A DNA stretch of 63,816 bases, the filler included, from Octopus bimaculoides (lineage: Eukaryota): the NCBI RefSeq assembly GCF_001194135.2. It is 4 parts of 4 records of this genome, joined end to end, with 100 filler letters (N's around TTAATTAATTAA, not from the genome) between each part and the next. Parts side by side here need not be neighbours in the genome. Positions count along the whole stretch, not along the records: positions 10,202 to 34,317 come from NC_068981.1; positions 34,418 to 62,641 come from NC_068996.1; 2 more parts are not named here. One strand, given 5' to 3'. Position numbers and translations under genes: made by a program. Shown here one piece after another: positions 25,029 through 37,709 of this stretch (the stretch's first letter is position 1; every line of letters starts with the position of its first letter). The notes beneath the pieces are model-generated. The model ran no database searches and was not told where the DNA came from. It worked only from the letters and a program-made list of their open reading frames with translations.

Positions 25029-25293
25029 GTACCCTTAACGTAGTTCGCGGGGATATTCAGCGTGACACGGTGTGACAAGGCTGGCCCTTTGAATTACAGG
25101 TACAACAGAAACAGGAAGTAAGAGTGAGAGAAAGTTGTGGTGGAAGAGTACAGCAGGGTTTTCCACCATCCCCTGCCGGAGCCTCGTGGTGTTTTCGCTC
25201 AATAAACACTCACAACGCCCGGTCTGGGAATCGAAACCGCGATCCTATGACCGCGAGTCCGCTGCCCTAACCACTGGGCCATTGCGCCTCCAC
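25029..25293 (-). mobile_element. SINE family B (3' end in gap)
   Basis: Inverted relative to 24169-24464. Confidence 0.9.
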
Positions 25294-25893
25294 TGCCTGA
25301 GTGTATCAAGAACATAAAACGACTGCAGTTGAAAAGTATATTATAAATACACATTTAACAATTCATACATGTGCCTAATTTATTTATATTAAGAAATTTA
25401 TGCAATATATTTTGAACAGGGAGATTTTACATCAACTATAAGTCACAGACGGCTTTTTGTGGCTTTCAGTCATGTGAGTTTAGACTGGTTTCAGTAATGG
25501 AGAGTGCAACTGAAAGGAAACGTTGCTTCGAAAAAGTTGGTATTGACTTGGCAGCTCCCATATTTAGTCACGGCCAGCTTTAATTGGCCTTAAGTTGTGC
25601 AAGAAGGAAGTAAAAGTTTAAAATTTCTTTTGAAAGAAACAAGCAGTCAAAGGGTGTTAATTGCGGATAGACCTTTCACAAATGACAGTATGGAGCCGGG
25701 TAGTTCTATATATTCCACTTAAAATTATATAGTGACTTCCTTCCATTCTATATTTACTTTCGATTTCCATGTTATTTCTGAGTTATCATTTTTAGCTTTA
25801 AGATAGGTCTCTTTTGGAATATCTTCCCTATTCTCAATATCTCTCTGCTTTTATATCTCGTTTGTTCTTTTATATCTCTTTCCCATTGTTCTT

Positions 25894-25943
<50 letters not shown>

Positions 25944-25947
25944 ACAC

Positions 25948-26003
<56 letters not shown>

Positions 26004-26551
26004 GTCTGTCTGTCTGTCTGTCTGTCTGNNNNNNNNNNNNNNNNNNNNNNNNNNNNNNNNNNNNNNNNNNNNNNNNNNNNNNNNNNNNNNNNNNNNNNNN
26101 NNNNNNNNNNNNNNNNNNNNNNNNNNNNNNNNNNNNNNNNNNNNNNNNNNNNNNNNNNNNNNNNNNNNNNNNNNNNNNNNNNNNNNNNNNNNNNNNNNNN
26201 NNNNNNNNNNNNNNNNNNNNNNNNNNNNNNNNNNNNNNNNNNNNNNNNNNNNNNNNNNNNNNNNNNNNNNNNNNNNNNNNNNNNNNNNNNNNNNNNNNNN
26301 NNNNNNNNNNNNNNNNNNNNNNNNNNNNNNNNNNNNNNNNNNNNNNNNNNNNNNNNNNNNNNNNNNNNNNNNNNNNNNNNNNNNNNNNNNNNNNNNNNNN
26401 NNNNNNNNNNNNNNNNNNNNNNNNNNNNNNNNNNNNNNNNNNNNNATATGTGCATCATTTTGTATGTATACATATATGAACATACATGCATAATAAATAA
26501 ACATATTAATATGTATGTAAATAATACACACACACATATACACACACATAT

Positions 26552-26594
<43 letters not shown>

Positions 26595-26979
26595 TTTCGC
26601 TCAACCTTTCTTTCCTCGATTATTTTATTTCTTCATTTTATGCTTTCTTGAATCAGTTTTTTTCTTTTTTTTTCCCCTTGATATGCTGTGCTTTATTCGT
26701 TGAAAAACAATTCCCCATGCTCACAACAGCTACTAATTTTCAGGTGACACCTGTTTCTTCTATGTTAAATAATTAATTTGATCACAGCTCACAAAGTCAG
26801 GAGAATATGATTTCTGTATTCCATTTGGATAATGCAAAACAAACAGCAGCATCCTTCTACAAAAAAAAAAAAACACCCACAGCATCGAGAACAAAACAGC
26901 AGCACTGGCGACAGCAACAACACCATTTCATACAACGACCACACAAACAGCATCATCGACAACAGCAGTAGCTACAGCA

Positions 26980-27062
26980 ACATCATCATCATCTCCATCA
27001 TCATCATCATCATCATCACCACCACCACTACCACCATCATCATCATCATCATCATCATCACC

Positions 27063-27096
<34 letters not shown>

Positions 27097-27131
27097 TCAC
27101 CACCACCATCATCATCATCATCACCACCACC

Positions 27132-27165
<34 letters not shown>

Positions 27166-27428
27166 TCATCATCACCACCACCANNNNNNNNNNCACCACT
27201 ACCACCATCATCATCATCATCATCATCATCACCACCACCACCACCACCATCATCATCACCACCACCACCACCACCACCACCATCATCGTCATCATCATCA
27301 TCATCACCTACAACCACCACCTCCTCCGCCTCACCACCATCATCGTCGTCATCGTCGTCGTCATCATCATCACTATCACCATCATCATCTTCATCATGAT
27401 CATGATCATTATGATCATCATCATGACC

Positions 27429-27463
<35 letters not shown>

Positions 27464-28492
27464 CATCATCATCATCATCATCATCTACCTCTCTATTCAA
27501 CAATAAATTTACAAAACAACTGAAGATAAAAATAAAAGAGCAGAAAAGGCAACAACAACAACAACAACAACAAAAACAGCAGCAGCAGCAGCGGTAGCGG
27601 CAGAAGCGGCTAGTATTATAATAAAATTACCCAACAGTAAAAACAAAAACAAAAAACAACAGTAACAATAACACCAACAACAAACTCAGCAACAACAGTA
27701 ACACAACAAAAATAACAGCTCAATAACAACAACAACAACAACAACAACAAACTCGACAACGATCATAACATCACAACATCAACAAAAACAACAGCAGCGA
27801 CAACAACAAAGAGAAGGGTAACAATCAGCAACAGCAACCGCAACAACAACAACGGCAATAGGAAGAAAAACAAGGGCGACGACATCAGAACCAGCAGCAG
27901 CAAGNNNNNNNNNNNNNNNNNNNNNNNNNNNNNNNNNNNNNNNNNNNNNNNNNNNNNNNNNNNNNNNNNNNNNNNNNNNNNNNNNNNNNNNNNNNNNNNN
28001 NNNNNNNNNNNNNNNNNNNNNNNNNNNNNNNNNNNNNNNNNNNNNNNNNNNNNNNNNNNNNNNNNNNNNNNNNNNNNNNNNNNNNNNNNNNNNNNNNNNN
28101 NNNNNNNNNNNNNNNNNNNNNNNNNNNNNNNNNNNNNNNNNNNNNNNNNNNNNNNNNNNNNNNNNNNNNNNNNNNNNNNNNNNNNNNNNNNNNNNNNNNN
28201 NNNNNNNNNNNNNNNNNNNNNNNNNNNNNNNNNNNNNNNNNNNNNNNNNNNNNNNNNNNNNNNNNNNNNNNNNNNNNNNNNNNNNNNNNNNNNNNNNNNN
28301 NNNNNNNNNNNNNNNNNNNNNNNNNNNNNNNNNNNNNNNNNNNNNNNNNNNNNNNNNNNNNNNNNNNNNNNNNNNNNNNNNNNNNNNNNNNNNNNNNNNN
28401 NNNNNNNNNNNNNNNNNNNNNNNNNNNNNNNNNNNNNNNNNNNNAATAATAATAATAATAATAATAATAAATAATAATAATAATAATAATAA

Positions 28493-28523
<31 letters not shown>

Positions 28524-28563
28524 AAGAAGAAGAAAAAGAAGAGGAAGAAGAAGAAGAAGGAGG

Positions 28564-28595
<32 letters not shown>

Positions 28596-28603
28596 GGGAA
28601 GAA

Positions 28604-28662
<59 letters not shown>

Positions 28663-30098
28663 AGAAGAAGAACAACAACAACAACAAGAACAAGAACAAC
28701 AACAACAGCAGATACTACAAAGACAACAGCAGCATCAGCAACAACAACCAAAATAACGACAACAATTACAACAAAAACAATAGCAACGCCATCAGAAACA
28801 GCAGTAAAGACAACGACAGCAAAAACAACAGCAGCAGCAGCAGCAGTAGCAGCAGCAGCAGTAGCAGCTACTTCAAAAAAAAAACAAACAAACAACAGCA
28901 GCACCAGCAACAACAACCAAAACAACGACAACAATTACAACAAAAACTCTACAATAGCAACGACATCAGAAACAGCAGTAAAGACAACGACAGCAAAAAC
29001 AAAAACGAAAGTAACGACAACAACAGCATAAACAACAACAGCTACAACAACAATAACAACGACTACAATAACAGCTACAACAATAACAAGAAGTACAAGA
29101 AATGCTGCCAAAAGTATCCCAGCAAAAATCGATAGAGCAAAAACAGCGAGAAGGTAAATGTTGAAGACACTGTTTGAAATCTGTTTTCTGTCTCTGTTTC
29201 TGCTGTAGTTTTTCTTTCTTGTTTTGCCTTTTTCTTTCTTGTTTTGCCTTTTTCTTTCTAGTTTTTCTTTTCTGTTTCTGTTTTTTGTTTTGTTTTTGTT
29301 TTTGTTTTTCTCGGGGTTAATTTGGTTTAAAATCTGGTCAGAATTTAATTTCTAATAATTGATCAATGTTTCGAGATTGCTGATAGCATAGGCGCTCAAT
29401 GAGAAAACCATAAACTATTCAATACATTTTATTTGAAATCAACTGGGGGTAGGGGTNNNNNNNNNNNNNNNNNNNNNNNNNNNNNNNNNNNNNNNNNNNN
29501 NNNNNNNNNNNNNNNNNNNNNNNNNNNNNNNNNNNNNNNNNNNNNNNNNNNNNNNNNNNNNNNNNNNNNNNNNNNNNNNNNNNNNNNNNNNNNNNNNNNN
29601 NNNNNNNNNNNNNNNNNNNNNNNNNNNNNNNNNNNNNNNNNNNNNNNNNNNNNNNNNNNNNNNNNNNNNNNNNNNNNNNNNNNNNNNNNNNNNNNNNNNN
29701 NNNNNNNNNNNNNNNNNNNNNNNNNNNNNNNNNNNNNNNNNNNNNNNNNNNNNNNNNNNNNNNNNNNNNNNNNNNNNNNNNNNNNNNNNNNNNNNNNNNN
29801 NNNNNNNNNNNNNNNNNNNNNNNNNNNNNNNNNNNNNNNNNNNNNNNNNNNNNNNNNNNNNNNNNNNNNNNNNNNNNNNNNNNNNNNNNNNNNNNNNNNN
29901 NNNNNNNNNNNNNNNNNNNNNNNNNNNNNNNNNNNNNNNNNNNNNNNNNNNNNNNNNNNNNNNNNNNNNNNNNNNNNNNNNNNNNNNNNNNNNNNNNNNN
30001 NNNNNNNNNNNNNNNNNNNNNNNNNNNNNNNNNNNNNNNNNNNNNNNNNNNNNNNNNNNNNNNNNNNNNNNNNNNNNNNNNNNNNNNNNNNNNNNNNN

Positions 30099-30133
<35 letters not shown>

Positions 30134-30143
30134 GTGGTGATTG

Positions 30144-30193
<50 letters not shown>

Positions 30194-30260
30194 GTGGTGG
30201 TGATTGTGGTGGTGATGATGATGATGATGATGGTGATTGTGGTGATGACAGAGATGATAG
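26980..30260. repeat. compound trinucleotide microsatellite field (CAT/CAC, GAT, CAA/CAG, AAT, AAG) with gaps
   Basis: Directly visible; produces poly-H/D/I/T/M pseudo-ORFs in all frames. Confidence 0.95.
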
Positions 30261-30454
30261 CAACGACATCATTATTAATATTAAGAGAAGAATATAAAAG
30301 CTAGCAGGAACCAAGCAGCAACGGCAAGAAGTGGTGGTTGTGAGTAAAAAGAAAAGAAAAAAAATACAGAGCCGCGTCATCGTTGCTCCATATGCTAGAA
30401 ATAGCAACCAAATCTCCCTCTCAAATCATATCGTTATAGAAGAAAGACACATTA

Positions 30455-31330
30455 AAATATTGAATTGAACTTTTGGTACAAAGCCGGAAATCTTAGGGGT
30501 TGGGGTAAGTCGATTTCATGGAATTTGAACTCAGAACGTAAAGACAAACGAAATACTGCGTAACATTTCGCCCTGCGTGCTAACGTTTCTGCCAGCTCGC
30601 CGCCTTTTTTGAACCTGAAAGAATGAAAGGTAAAGTCTACATCGGTGGAATTTGATCTCAAAATATAAAGACGGACGAAATGCCGTTAGACATTTTACCG
30701 GAATTGCTAACGATACTGTTAGCTTCCCGCTTTTCACCGTCTCAGTAATAATGTTTCTTACATAGGCTTAAGGTGGGATATTCGTGGGTGAGGGTCAGTC
30801 GACACCATTGACGTTATTACTTGAGTAGTTCTTTATTATGTCGACACTGGAGGAACGAAAGGTAAAGTTGATTTCGGTGAATTCAGAACGCAAAGAGCCA
30901 GAAAATGGGCAGCAAAACTTTTCTCCAATGTTCTAACATTTCTACCAATCCACCGTACTAGAGGTTACAATAATGGTTTCAAATTTTGGCACACAAAGCC
31001 AGCAATTTCATGGGGAGGGGATAAGTCGATTACAATGATCCCAGTGCTCAGCTGGTACTTATTTCATCGACTTTGAAAGAATGAAAGACAAAGTTGACCT
31101 TGGCGGAATTTGAACTCAGAACGTAAAGATGGGTGATGTCCTGCTAAGTATTTTGCCCACCGTTACAATAATCCTGTCAAAAAAAAAACAAAAAAACCGT
31201 CGAGGTCGACTTTGCCTTTCATCCTTTCGGGATCGATAAATTAAGTACCAGTTGCATACTGAGGCCGAGCTAATCGACAGGCCCCCCTCTACCAAAACTT
31301 CGGGCCTTGTGCCTAGAGTAGAAAAGAATA
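30455..31330. mobile_element. cluster of about five SINE family C copies or fragments (four minus, last plus)
   Basis: Core gaaaggtaaagt.ga...ggaatttga.ctcagaacgtaaag repeats at about 30530, 30630, 30860 and 31085. Plus-strand copy at 31195-31330. Confidence 0.8.
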
Positions 31331-32468
31331 ACCCTCTCAAAAATGATAAGTATTAAAAAATTAGTGAATTGGCTCAACTAAAATCGAATCTGTGGCGTCC
31401 ATTTCATTTGCTGATAGCTTGACACTCACTTTATATAACCTCCACACGCTTGAAGAATGAAAAAATAGAAAAAATATAATAAAATAAAGAATAAATAAGT
31501 TGTTTGTCTTTGGCATTTACATTTCCAACAACAGCTGGTGTATGTTTATGTGTACGTGTATATGTGTCTGTCTCTGTTTGTGTGTTTGTGTATGATCTTA
31601 ATTTAAATAGTTCTGGTTAAATTTTATTGTTAGAGCTAATACGTCATATGCATCAAAACTGAGCTACAGCATGTCTTCATATTACTCCTGACTTCATTTC
31701 TATTTGCTACCAACTCTCTCACGGGTATTGAATTGAAAAGGTGGAAATTCATTATTGTCAAACAGCAACCAGTGTCTCCCTGTAATTACAGACCGCATTA
31801 AATACACGTGTCACACAATCTCTTACACAGACGTTTATAATCTGAAGTTGAGTTCTTTGTACGTTCGATTCATTTTTAAATACATCCTTTATATAAAACC
31901 ATCACCATCACCACCAGTATTACCCCATCCTCACCAGTATTACCCCATCCCCACCAGTATTACCCCATTCCCACTCTAATTTTCATCGTTAAACTCAAGT
32001 GGCAAAAGTAATTGAAATGACGTTCAAAATAAGTTACACAATGTAAGAAAGTATTAGTCGTTAATAACCTCATCATGATACTATCAACTAAATAATACTG
32101 TTTTTTTATATGGTGCTTTATCTATATACGACACAAGGAAATTAGCCCATTGGCTGTCCTGTGTATCACACGTAATTTCTCCGTGTATCACGTGATTTCC
32201 TTGGCGTCTATGCATCACAAATAATACACATTCTTTTTTTTTTTTTTTTGCAACCATCAGAGTAATTTGGAACCTTTGAAAAGAAATCTCGGAACGTATG
32301 AAAGAAGGGGCGAACTAAAAGACTGAAAACAACGCATGGATATCTAGGACAAACGTATGAAAATGCTTTGCATAGGCAAAGAGTTAAAACAAAATTCTGT
32401 ATTTAAACGAACAAATCCCGTTAACCCATCAAAATCGAGAATTAAAACTGAACTTTATTACAATGAGT

Positions 32469-32787
32469 GTGGAGGCGCAATAGCCCAGTCGTTAGGGCAG
32501 CAGACTCGTGGTCATAGGATCGCGGTTTCGATTCCCAGACCGGGCGTTATGAGTGTTTATTGAGCGAAAACACCTAAAGCTCCACAAGGCTCCGGCAGGG
32601 GATGGTGGCGAACCCTGCTGTACTCTTTCACCACAACTTTCTCTCACTCTTACTTTCTGTTTCTGTTGTGCCTGTAATTCAAAGGGTCAGCCTTGTCACA
32701 CTGTGTCACGCTGAATATCCCCGAGAACTACGTTAAAGGTACACGTATGTGTGGAGTGCGCTGCCACTTGCACGTTAATTTCACGAG
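32469..32787 (+). mobile_element. SINE family B, nearly full length
   Basis: Matches the reverse complement of 49430-49753. Confidence 0.9.
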
Positions 32788-33451
32788 NNNNNNNNNNNNN
32801 NNNNNNNNNNNNNNNNNNNNNNNNNNNNNNNNNNNNNNNNNNNNNNNNNNNNNNNNNNNNNNNNNNNNNNNNNNNNNNNNNNNNNNNNNNNNNNNNNNNN
32901 NNNNNNNNNNNNNNNNNNNNNNNNNNNNNNNNNNNNNNNNNNNNNNNNNNNNNNNNNNNNGAATATTTTGTATGAAATTTTAATTTGAAATGTCTTGATA
33001 TTGCATATAATTTGATTATAAACCAGGGCTTTTGCCATGAAACTCCGAATTTTCTGGATTTTCTATAATGTGTGTAACATTTTCTAAGAAAGAATTATAA
33101 AATCATATGAAGGCAACGAAAAAAAAAAAAAAAGTATTACTGTTAAAGTAGCAAAAATGACAGTATGTGCTTCTAACACGTGCTGAAATATCACGTGATT
33201 GTATGCATCATTACAATTTGTTAAAAGGATGTTAAATTCGTCACCAACTAACTATATAAGAATCATACTTATTCAGCATGCCACACATTTGCATACAACT
33301 CGGTACCCCAGGTCGTGAAACGATTTCAAAACCACTCGACTTTGCTCCCATTCTCTGGTGAATCCATGCACTATACACACACATACACACACATATGTAT
33401 GTATATATATATACATATATACATATATACATATATATATATATGTGTGTA

Positions 33452-33546
<95 letters not shown>

Positions 33547-33754
33547 AACGCAAAGGGACAAGGATTTGGAATACGAGCGGTACTTTATTAGCAGTCAGAT
33601 ATAATCCAGGTTTGGTTAACCACATCCAACGATGAGGAATATACAGGATTGTTTAAGATTAACAATTACACGGCACTTCACTCGATAAGTAAATCCTGAG
33701 TTTGCTTCATTTCATACATAAAGAAGAATGGAAAATTATACATCTTCATAAATG

Positions 33755-34065
33755 ATCCAATCCGATACTTGTTTCTTCTGGATAAGTGCCCTAGTGTTCT
33801 TTGATGTAGCATTTATGTGTATTTAGTTGATTCAGTTGCTGAACATATTCATCCAGAGTAGACATTCCTTTATAACTTTGTTCATGGTCTTATCCATTCG
33901 GATGGGTAAATCGAACTGAATGTGTAAAACTTTGAACATAGATGTATAGAAATGTCTACCACGGATAAATATCTCCAGCAATTGAATCAGCTAAATGCCC
34001 ATAAATGCTATATGAAAGTATACTAGGATATTTATTTAACAAAACACGTATGAGTTTGGAATTTA
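33755..34065. repeat. diverged foldback, about 120-bp arms
   Basis: tagcatttatgtgtatttagttgattcagttgctg vs cagcaattgaatcagctaaatgcccataaatgcta. The loop contains an 8-bp hairpin ttatccat-tcgg-atgggtaa. Confidence 0.75.
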
Positions 34066-34133
34066 ATGAGAATAACACTGCAGCAAACAATTTTTGAAGA
34101 TATATGATACTCCATTCTTCTTTATAATATTTT

Positions 34134-34207
<74 letters not shown>

Positions 34208-34278
34208 TATATTAAGTATGTATGTATATATGTGTGTGTGTGTGTCTGTGTATCTGTGTGTGTGTAACTATATATATA

Positions 34279-34317
<39 letters not shown>

Positions 34318-34417
34318 NNNNNNNNNNNNNNNNNNNNNNNNNNNNNNNNNNNNNNNNNNNNTTAATTAATTAANNNNNNNNNNNNNNNNNNNNNNNNNNN
34401 NNNNNNNNNNNNNNNNN
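34318..34417. other. synthetic assembly spacer (44 N + TTAATTAATTAA + 44 N)
   Basis: Identical to 10102-10201. Confidence 0.97.
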
Positions 34418-34998
34418 CAAGCAAACCAGCGGAGATTGTGGCTCGTTGATTTTTGTTGTCACATAAAGCATGCAGAACCCATGCTCCATACTTCTGAACC
34501 TTTCCCATCGAGTGAAGATGTTTCTCTATAGCAGTGTGGGAGCATTCCATTTTCTCTGCACGTTCCCTTGTCGTGTGACCAGAATTTTGTGCAAAAGTTG
34601 GATTAATCGTTCCTGAACTCAACTAGATGGTCAGAACAAGGTGCATCTTTGAGGTCAAAATTTCCATTTTTGAACTAGGTATACCAATCACGAGCGGTTC
34701 TTTCAACTATGGCACCCTCTCCATACAAATGTCGCGAGCAGCTTTTGCGGCCTTAGAACCTTGATTAAAAGTAAAAAGAAGGAGGTGTCGAAAATGCTCA
34801 TTTTCCTTAGCTTGATATTCCATTTTAATGATCTGAAAATAAACAAAAATTAACTAAAATTAACTAGAAAAAGACAAAATAGGTTCCAAAATGATTAAAA
34901 AATAGAATTCTCGAAAAAAGAAATAGATTCCAAAATTTAAAAACGCAGTAAATTCCAAAATTAAAAAAAAAACGGCGAGAACTTAGTTGGCAACCCAA
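34418..34998 (-). mobile_element. mariner transposon, 5' portion
   Basis: TIR ttgggttgccaactaagttc next to TA. Frame MECSHTAIEKHLHSMGKVQKYGAWVLHALCDNKNQRATISAGLL matches the mariner HTH and WVPHEL linker. Confidence 0.88.
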
Positions 34999-35067
34999 TA
35001 TATATATATATGTTTAGAGAGAGAGGAGGAAAGAAATTTAGACACACACACATACACACGCACATAT

Positions 35068-35136
35068 ATTCTTTTATTCTTTTATATGTTTCATTCTTGA
35101 GGCTGCAATTATGCTAAGGCACCGCCAGTGTTCGAC
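35068..35136 (-). mobile_element. SINE family A terminal tail fragment
   Basis: ggcggtgccttagcataattgcagc...gaaacatataaaagaataaaagaata resembles the family A end ggcggtgctccagcatggccgcag...gaaacaagtaaaagagta. Confidence 0.6.
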
Positions 35137-35253
35137 GCTTACAACACCTAAGTTTTCCAAGCGGTCACCCATCTAAGTACACACTACGCTCGACGTTGCT
35201 TAACTTCGGTGATCGGTAGAGAACCGTGCATTGAACGTAATATGGCCGCATAC
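35137..35253 (-). rRNA. dispersed 5S rRNA copy, probably a pseudogene or SINE head
   Basis: Minus strand reads gcggccatattacgttcaatgcacggttctctaccgatcaccgaagttaagcaacgtcgagcgtagtgtgtacttagatgggtgaccgcttggaaaacttaggtgttgtaagc, recognisable as metazoan 5S with box A and a mutated box C. No oligo-T terminator and no tandem array. Confidence 0.9.
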
Positions 35254-36364
35254 ATAATATGTACAATGAAAAGAAGAAGACAAAGAAAATTCTTTAACAC
35301 ATCTTTAATAATAAGTTACAATTTTTTCCGTACCATCTCTATTTTACGCAAAAATTCTAAATGAAAATTCACGTAATGTTTGTGGTTTTATGGTTTTAGA
35401 CATTAGAGAGTAACTTCATGAAACTTGCATCAAAGTTGTGTTGTCACATTGTGCATTCTTCAGACCTTATTGTAAGAAATATATCGGGAGGAAGTAAAGA
35501 AAAGAAAAAAATTAAAAGTGTTGCTATGGTATGAGTAAGTGGAGTAGCTATTATGTGGGGTGGGGGGTATCAAGAGGGTATATATATGCATGGTTTATTC
35601 CGTTAGGAACGTGGCAGAGTACAGTATAAAGCTCGTCCACCCCCAGAATTACCCCATACTATCCAATAGCATTATTATATACTCTCAGCTTTATGTTTGG
35701 GTATTCGTGGTGTGTGAATATAAAACAAGGAGTACTGTTGAACAGTTACTTTTTAATCACTACAATTGTCTCCACCCAACGTGGTTCCCTTAAAATATAG
35801 GTACTTGATTATGCAACTATTTGTCGGCATAATGACATCCAGTTATTTTCTCAGGTGATATTCAAGTGTTGTCACCATTAGTTTAAAATCTTCGATTTCA
35901 AGGTCATGCTATCTGTCCGTCTTGGTTTGAATTTTGTAGCAGTTGTTAGATTCATATTGTTTGCTGGTAGAGTTTGTTTGTTGGACTGCTATGAGTGGTA
36001 GTGGATGGCTGTTTTGGTACCAGCTGATCGCTGACCTGTTTTTCATGGTGGGCTGCACATGCGAATTTTATTAGCTGATCTTCAGTATTCAGTGATCCGA
36101 TACATACATCCACACACAGAGACTCGGTGTATGTATTATCAAACATAACTTGTTATTTTTTGTTGTAGATGTTTGTGCGCTATTTTTAGGGTTCGCTATA
36201 GATGTTTGCGCACTTTTTCTAGAGTTTCCTTTTGGCTCTCAGTGTCATGTGTATCACAGCAAATCTTCATCATTATGCATGCATAGAAACACATACATCT
36301 ACATACGCACACATACATACATACATACATACATACATACATACATACATACACATACGTAGCA

Positions 36365-36896
36365 AATTTTCAGCTTTCATAAGAATGTAACTTGGCCAAA
36401 AGAAGTACTCGTATTTGATTGTTGAACTTAGAACATCAGTCCCCACACTTCGTATCCGTTCATCAACGTTATCTTTATGCCTCTTATTCGAGATAAAGGA
36501 TGCTACAAAAATCTGGGAATAAAGAGAGAGTGACCCGAGAATATTATACCTAAACTTGGGGAAAATATGGCAGTCTGAACATTCTCTTACAACAATGTTG
36601 TTGCAGTACCAGTGCTGATTTTTAACATTTGGGATAATTGAATATTCTGAAGAGGAAATCCACTCCATAGACGTTAAAGCCTGCAATATCCTGACTTCGA
36701 CTGGAAACTTCCGCAAAAACAGTGATATTGACAGGATTTATTGAAGAAGAGATGATGGGCGTACCGGCTTGAGATCAGTGAAGACAGTCTTTGAATGTCG
36801 TATAGTCTCACTCCCCAAACAATACCAATAAAAATACATAAACCTAGTGTTGAAAAGAGTATGCACGGATATATTTCCCGATAACTTGAGTCGAAA
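36365..36896 (+). pseudogene. RLE-type (R4/Dong-like) LINE fragment, RT thumb region
   Basis: FGIIEYSEEEIHSIDVKACNILTSTGNFRKNSDIDRIY*RRDDG and KSMHGYISR match the post-RT region of RLE LINEs. Confidence 0.75.
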
Positions 36897-37370
36897 GGGC
36901 CAGTTTTAAACCAATTAGACAGGTTTGTTCAAATTAGGCCCCGCACCAAGAGAGGACCCCACGCACACACTCGAGCAGAGGGTGCTTTGATAAATTAAAC
37001 ATTTCCTTATATTTTCATTGCTTTGAGGATTTACTTAACAATGCCCGTAACAGATGCATCAGGTAAAAAAAGATTTTCAAACCTAAAACTTATTAAATCA
37101 TACCGACGGTCAACAATTTCACAAGAGAGACTAAATAATTTACCGATGCTATCTATAGAAAATGACATTACTAAAGCTATTGACTTTCAAATGATTTTAA
37201 AAGTCTTCTCGGATAAATAAGTCTGTTTTTAGAAGACCTCTTCACAAAACTGTTAGTCAGTGATTATCTTGACTTGTAATAAAACATTAAAACTTTCATA
37301 TGAGCTTTCAGTTTTTAGTTTATCATTGTGGCTAATGGTGGAGTCTGAAACACTCAAACCTTTTTGGCTG
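36897..37370 (+). mobile_element. hAT transposon deletion derivative
   Basis: ORF 37023-37220 (RIYLTMPVTDASGKKRFSNLKLIKSYRRSTISQERLNNLPMLSIEND) is a hAT C-terminal dimerisation domain. gggccagtttt...ggccccgcac resembles hAT ends. Confidence 0.75.
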
Positions 37371-37708
37371 GGACTGGAGTACGACACAAAACATAAAATA
37401 TCAAACTTTTATACCCGATACGCAGCAGAAATGTAGACAACGTCATATTTCTTCGGAAAGACACGACACTTGTGATCAGTAGCTGATCAAAAATGTCATC
37501 AAGGTACTATCTCCCAATGCCACATGACGTTGTTACTAAAACAATATACAATGCTATTCAGAAAAAGATCAACAACAAAAAAGAAAAAAAAAAAACCGTT
37601 CTGGAATAAATGTAGAACATCTCCCTCCTGTTACTGATTACATACGCAAATATCAACACATGGAACATTGGTAGAACATTCCAATCAAAACTTCAACTAA
37701 GGGCAAAC
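37371..37708 (+). pseudogene. continuation of the same RLE LINE (zinc-knuckle region)
   Basis: SKMSSRYYLPMPHDVVTKTIYNAIQKK and W*NIPIKTSTKGK; homologous to 50140-50690. Confidence 0.7.
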
Positions 37709-37709
37709 G

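Noticed and set aside
26832-27506. 224-aa and 191-aa poly-I/T/H/D/G ORFs
   Set aside because: Translations of (CAT/CAC)n microsatellite, open in several frames. The same applies to the poly-L/F/S/Y/M ORFs at 27779-30407, 43555-44350, 54707-54991 and 55362-55944.
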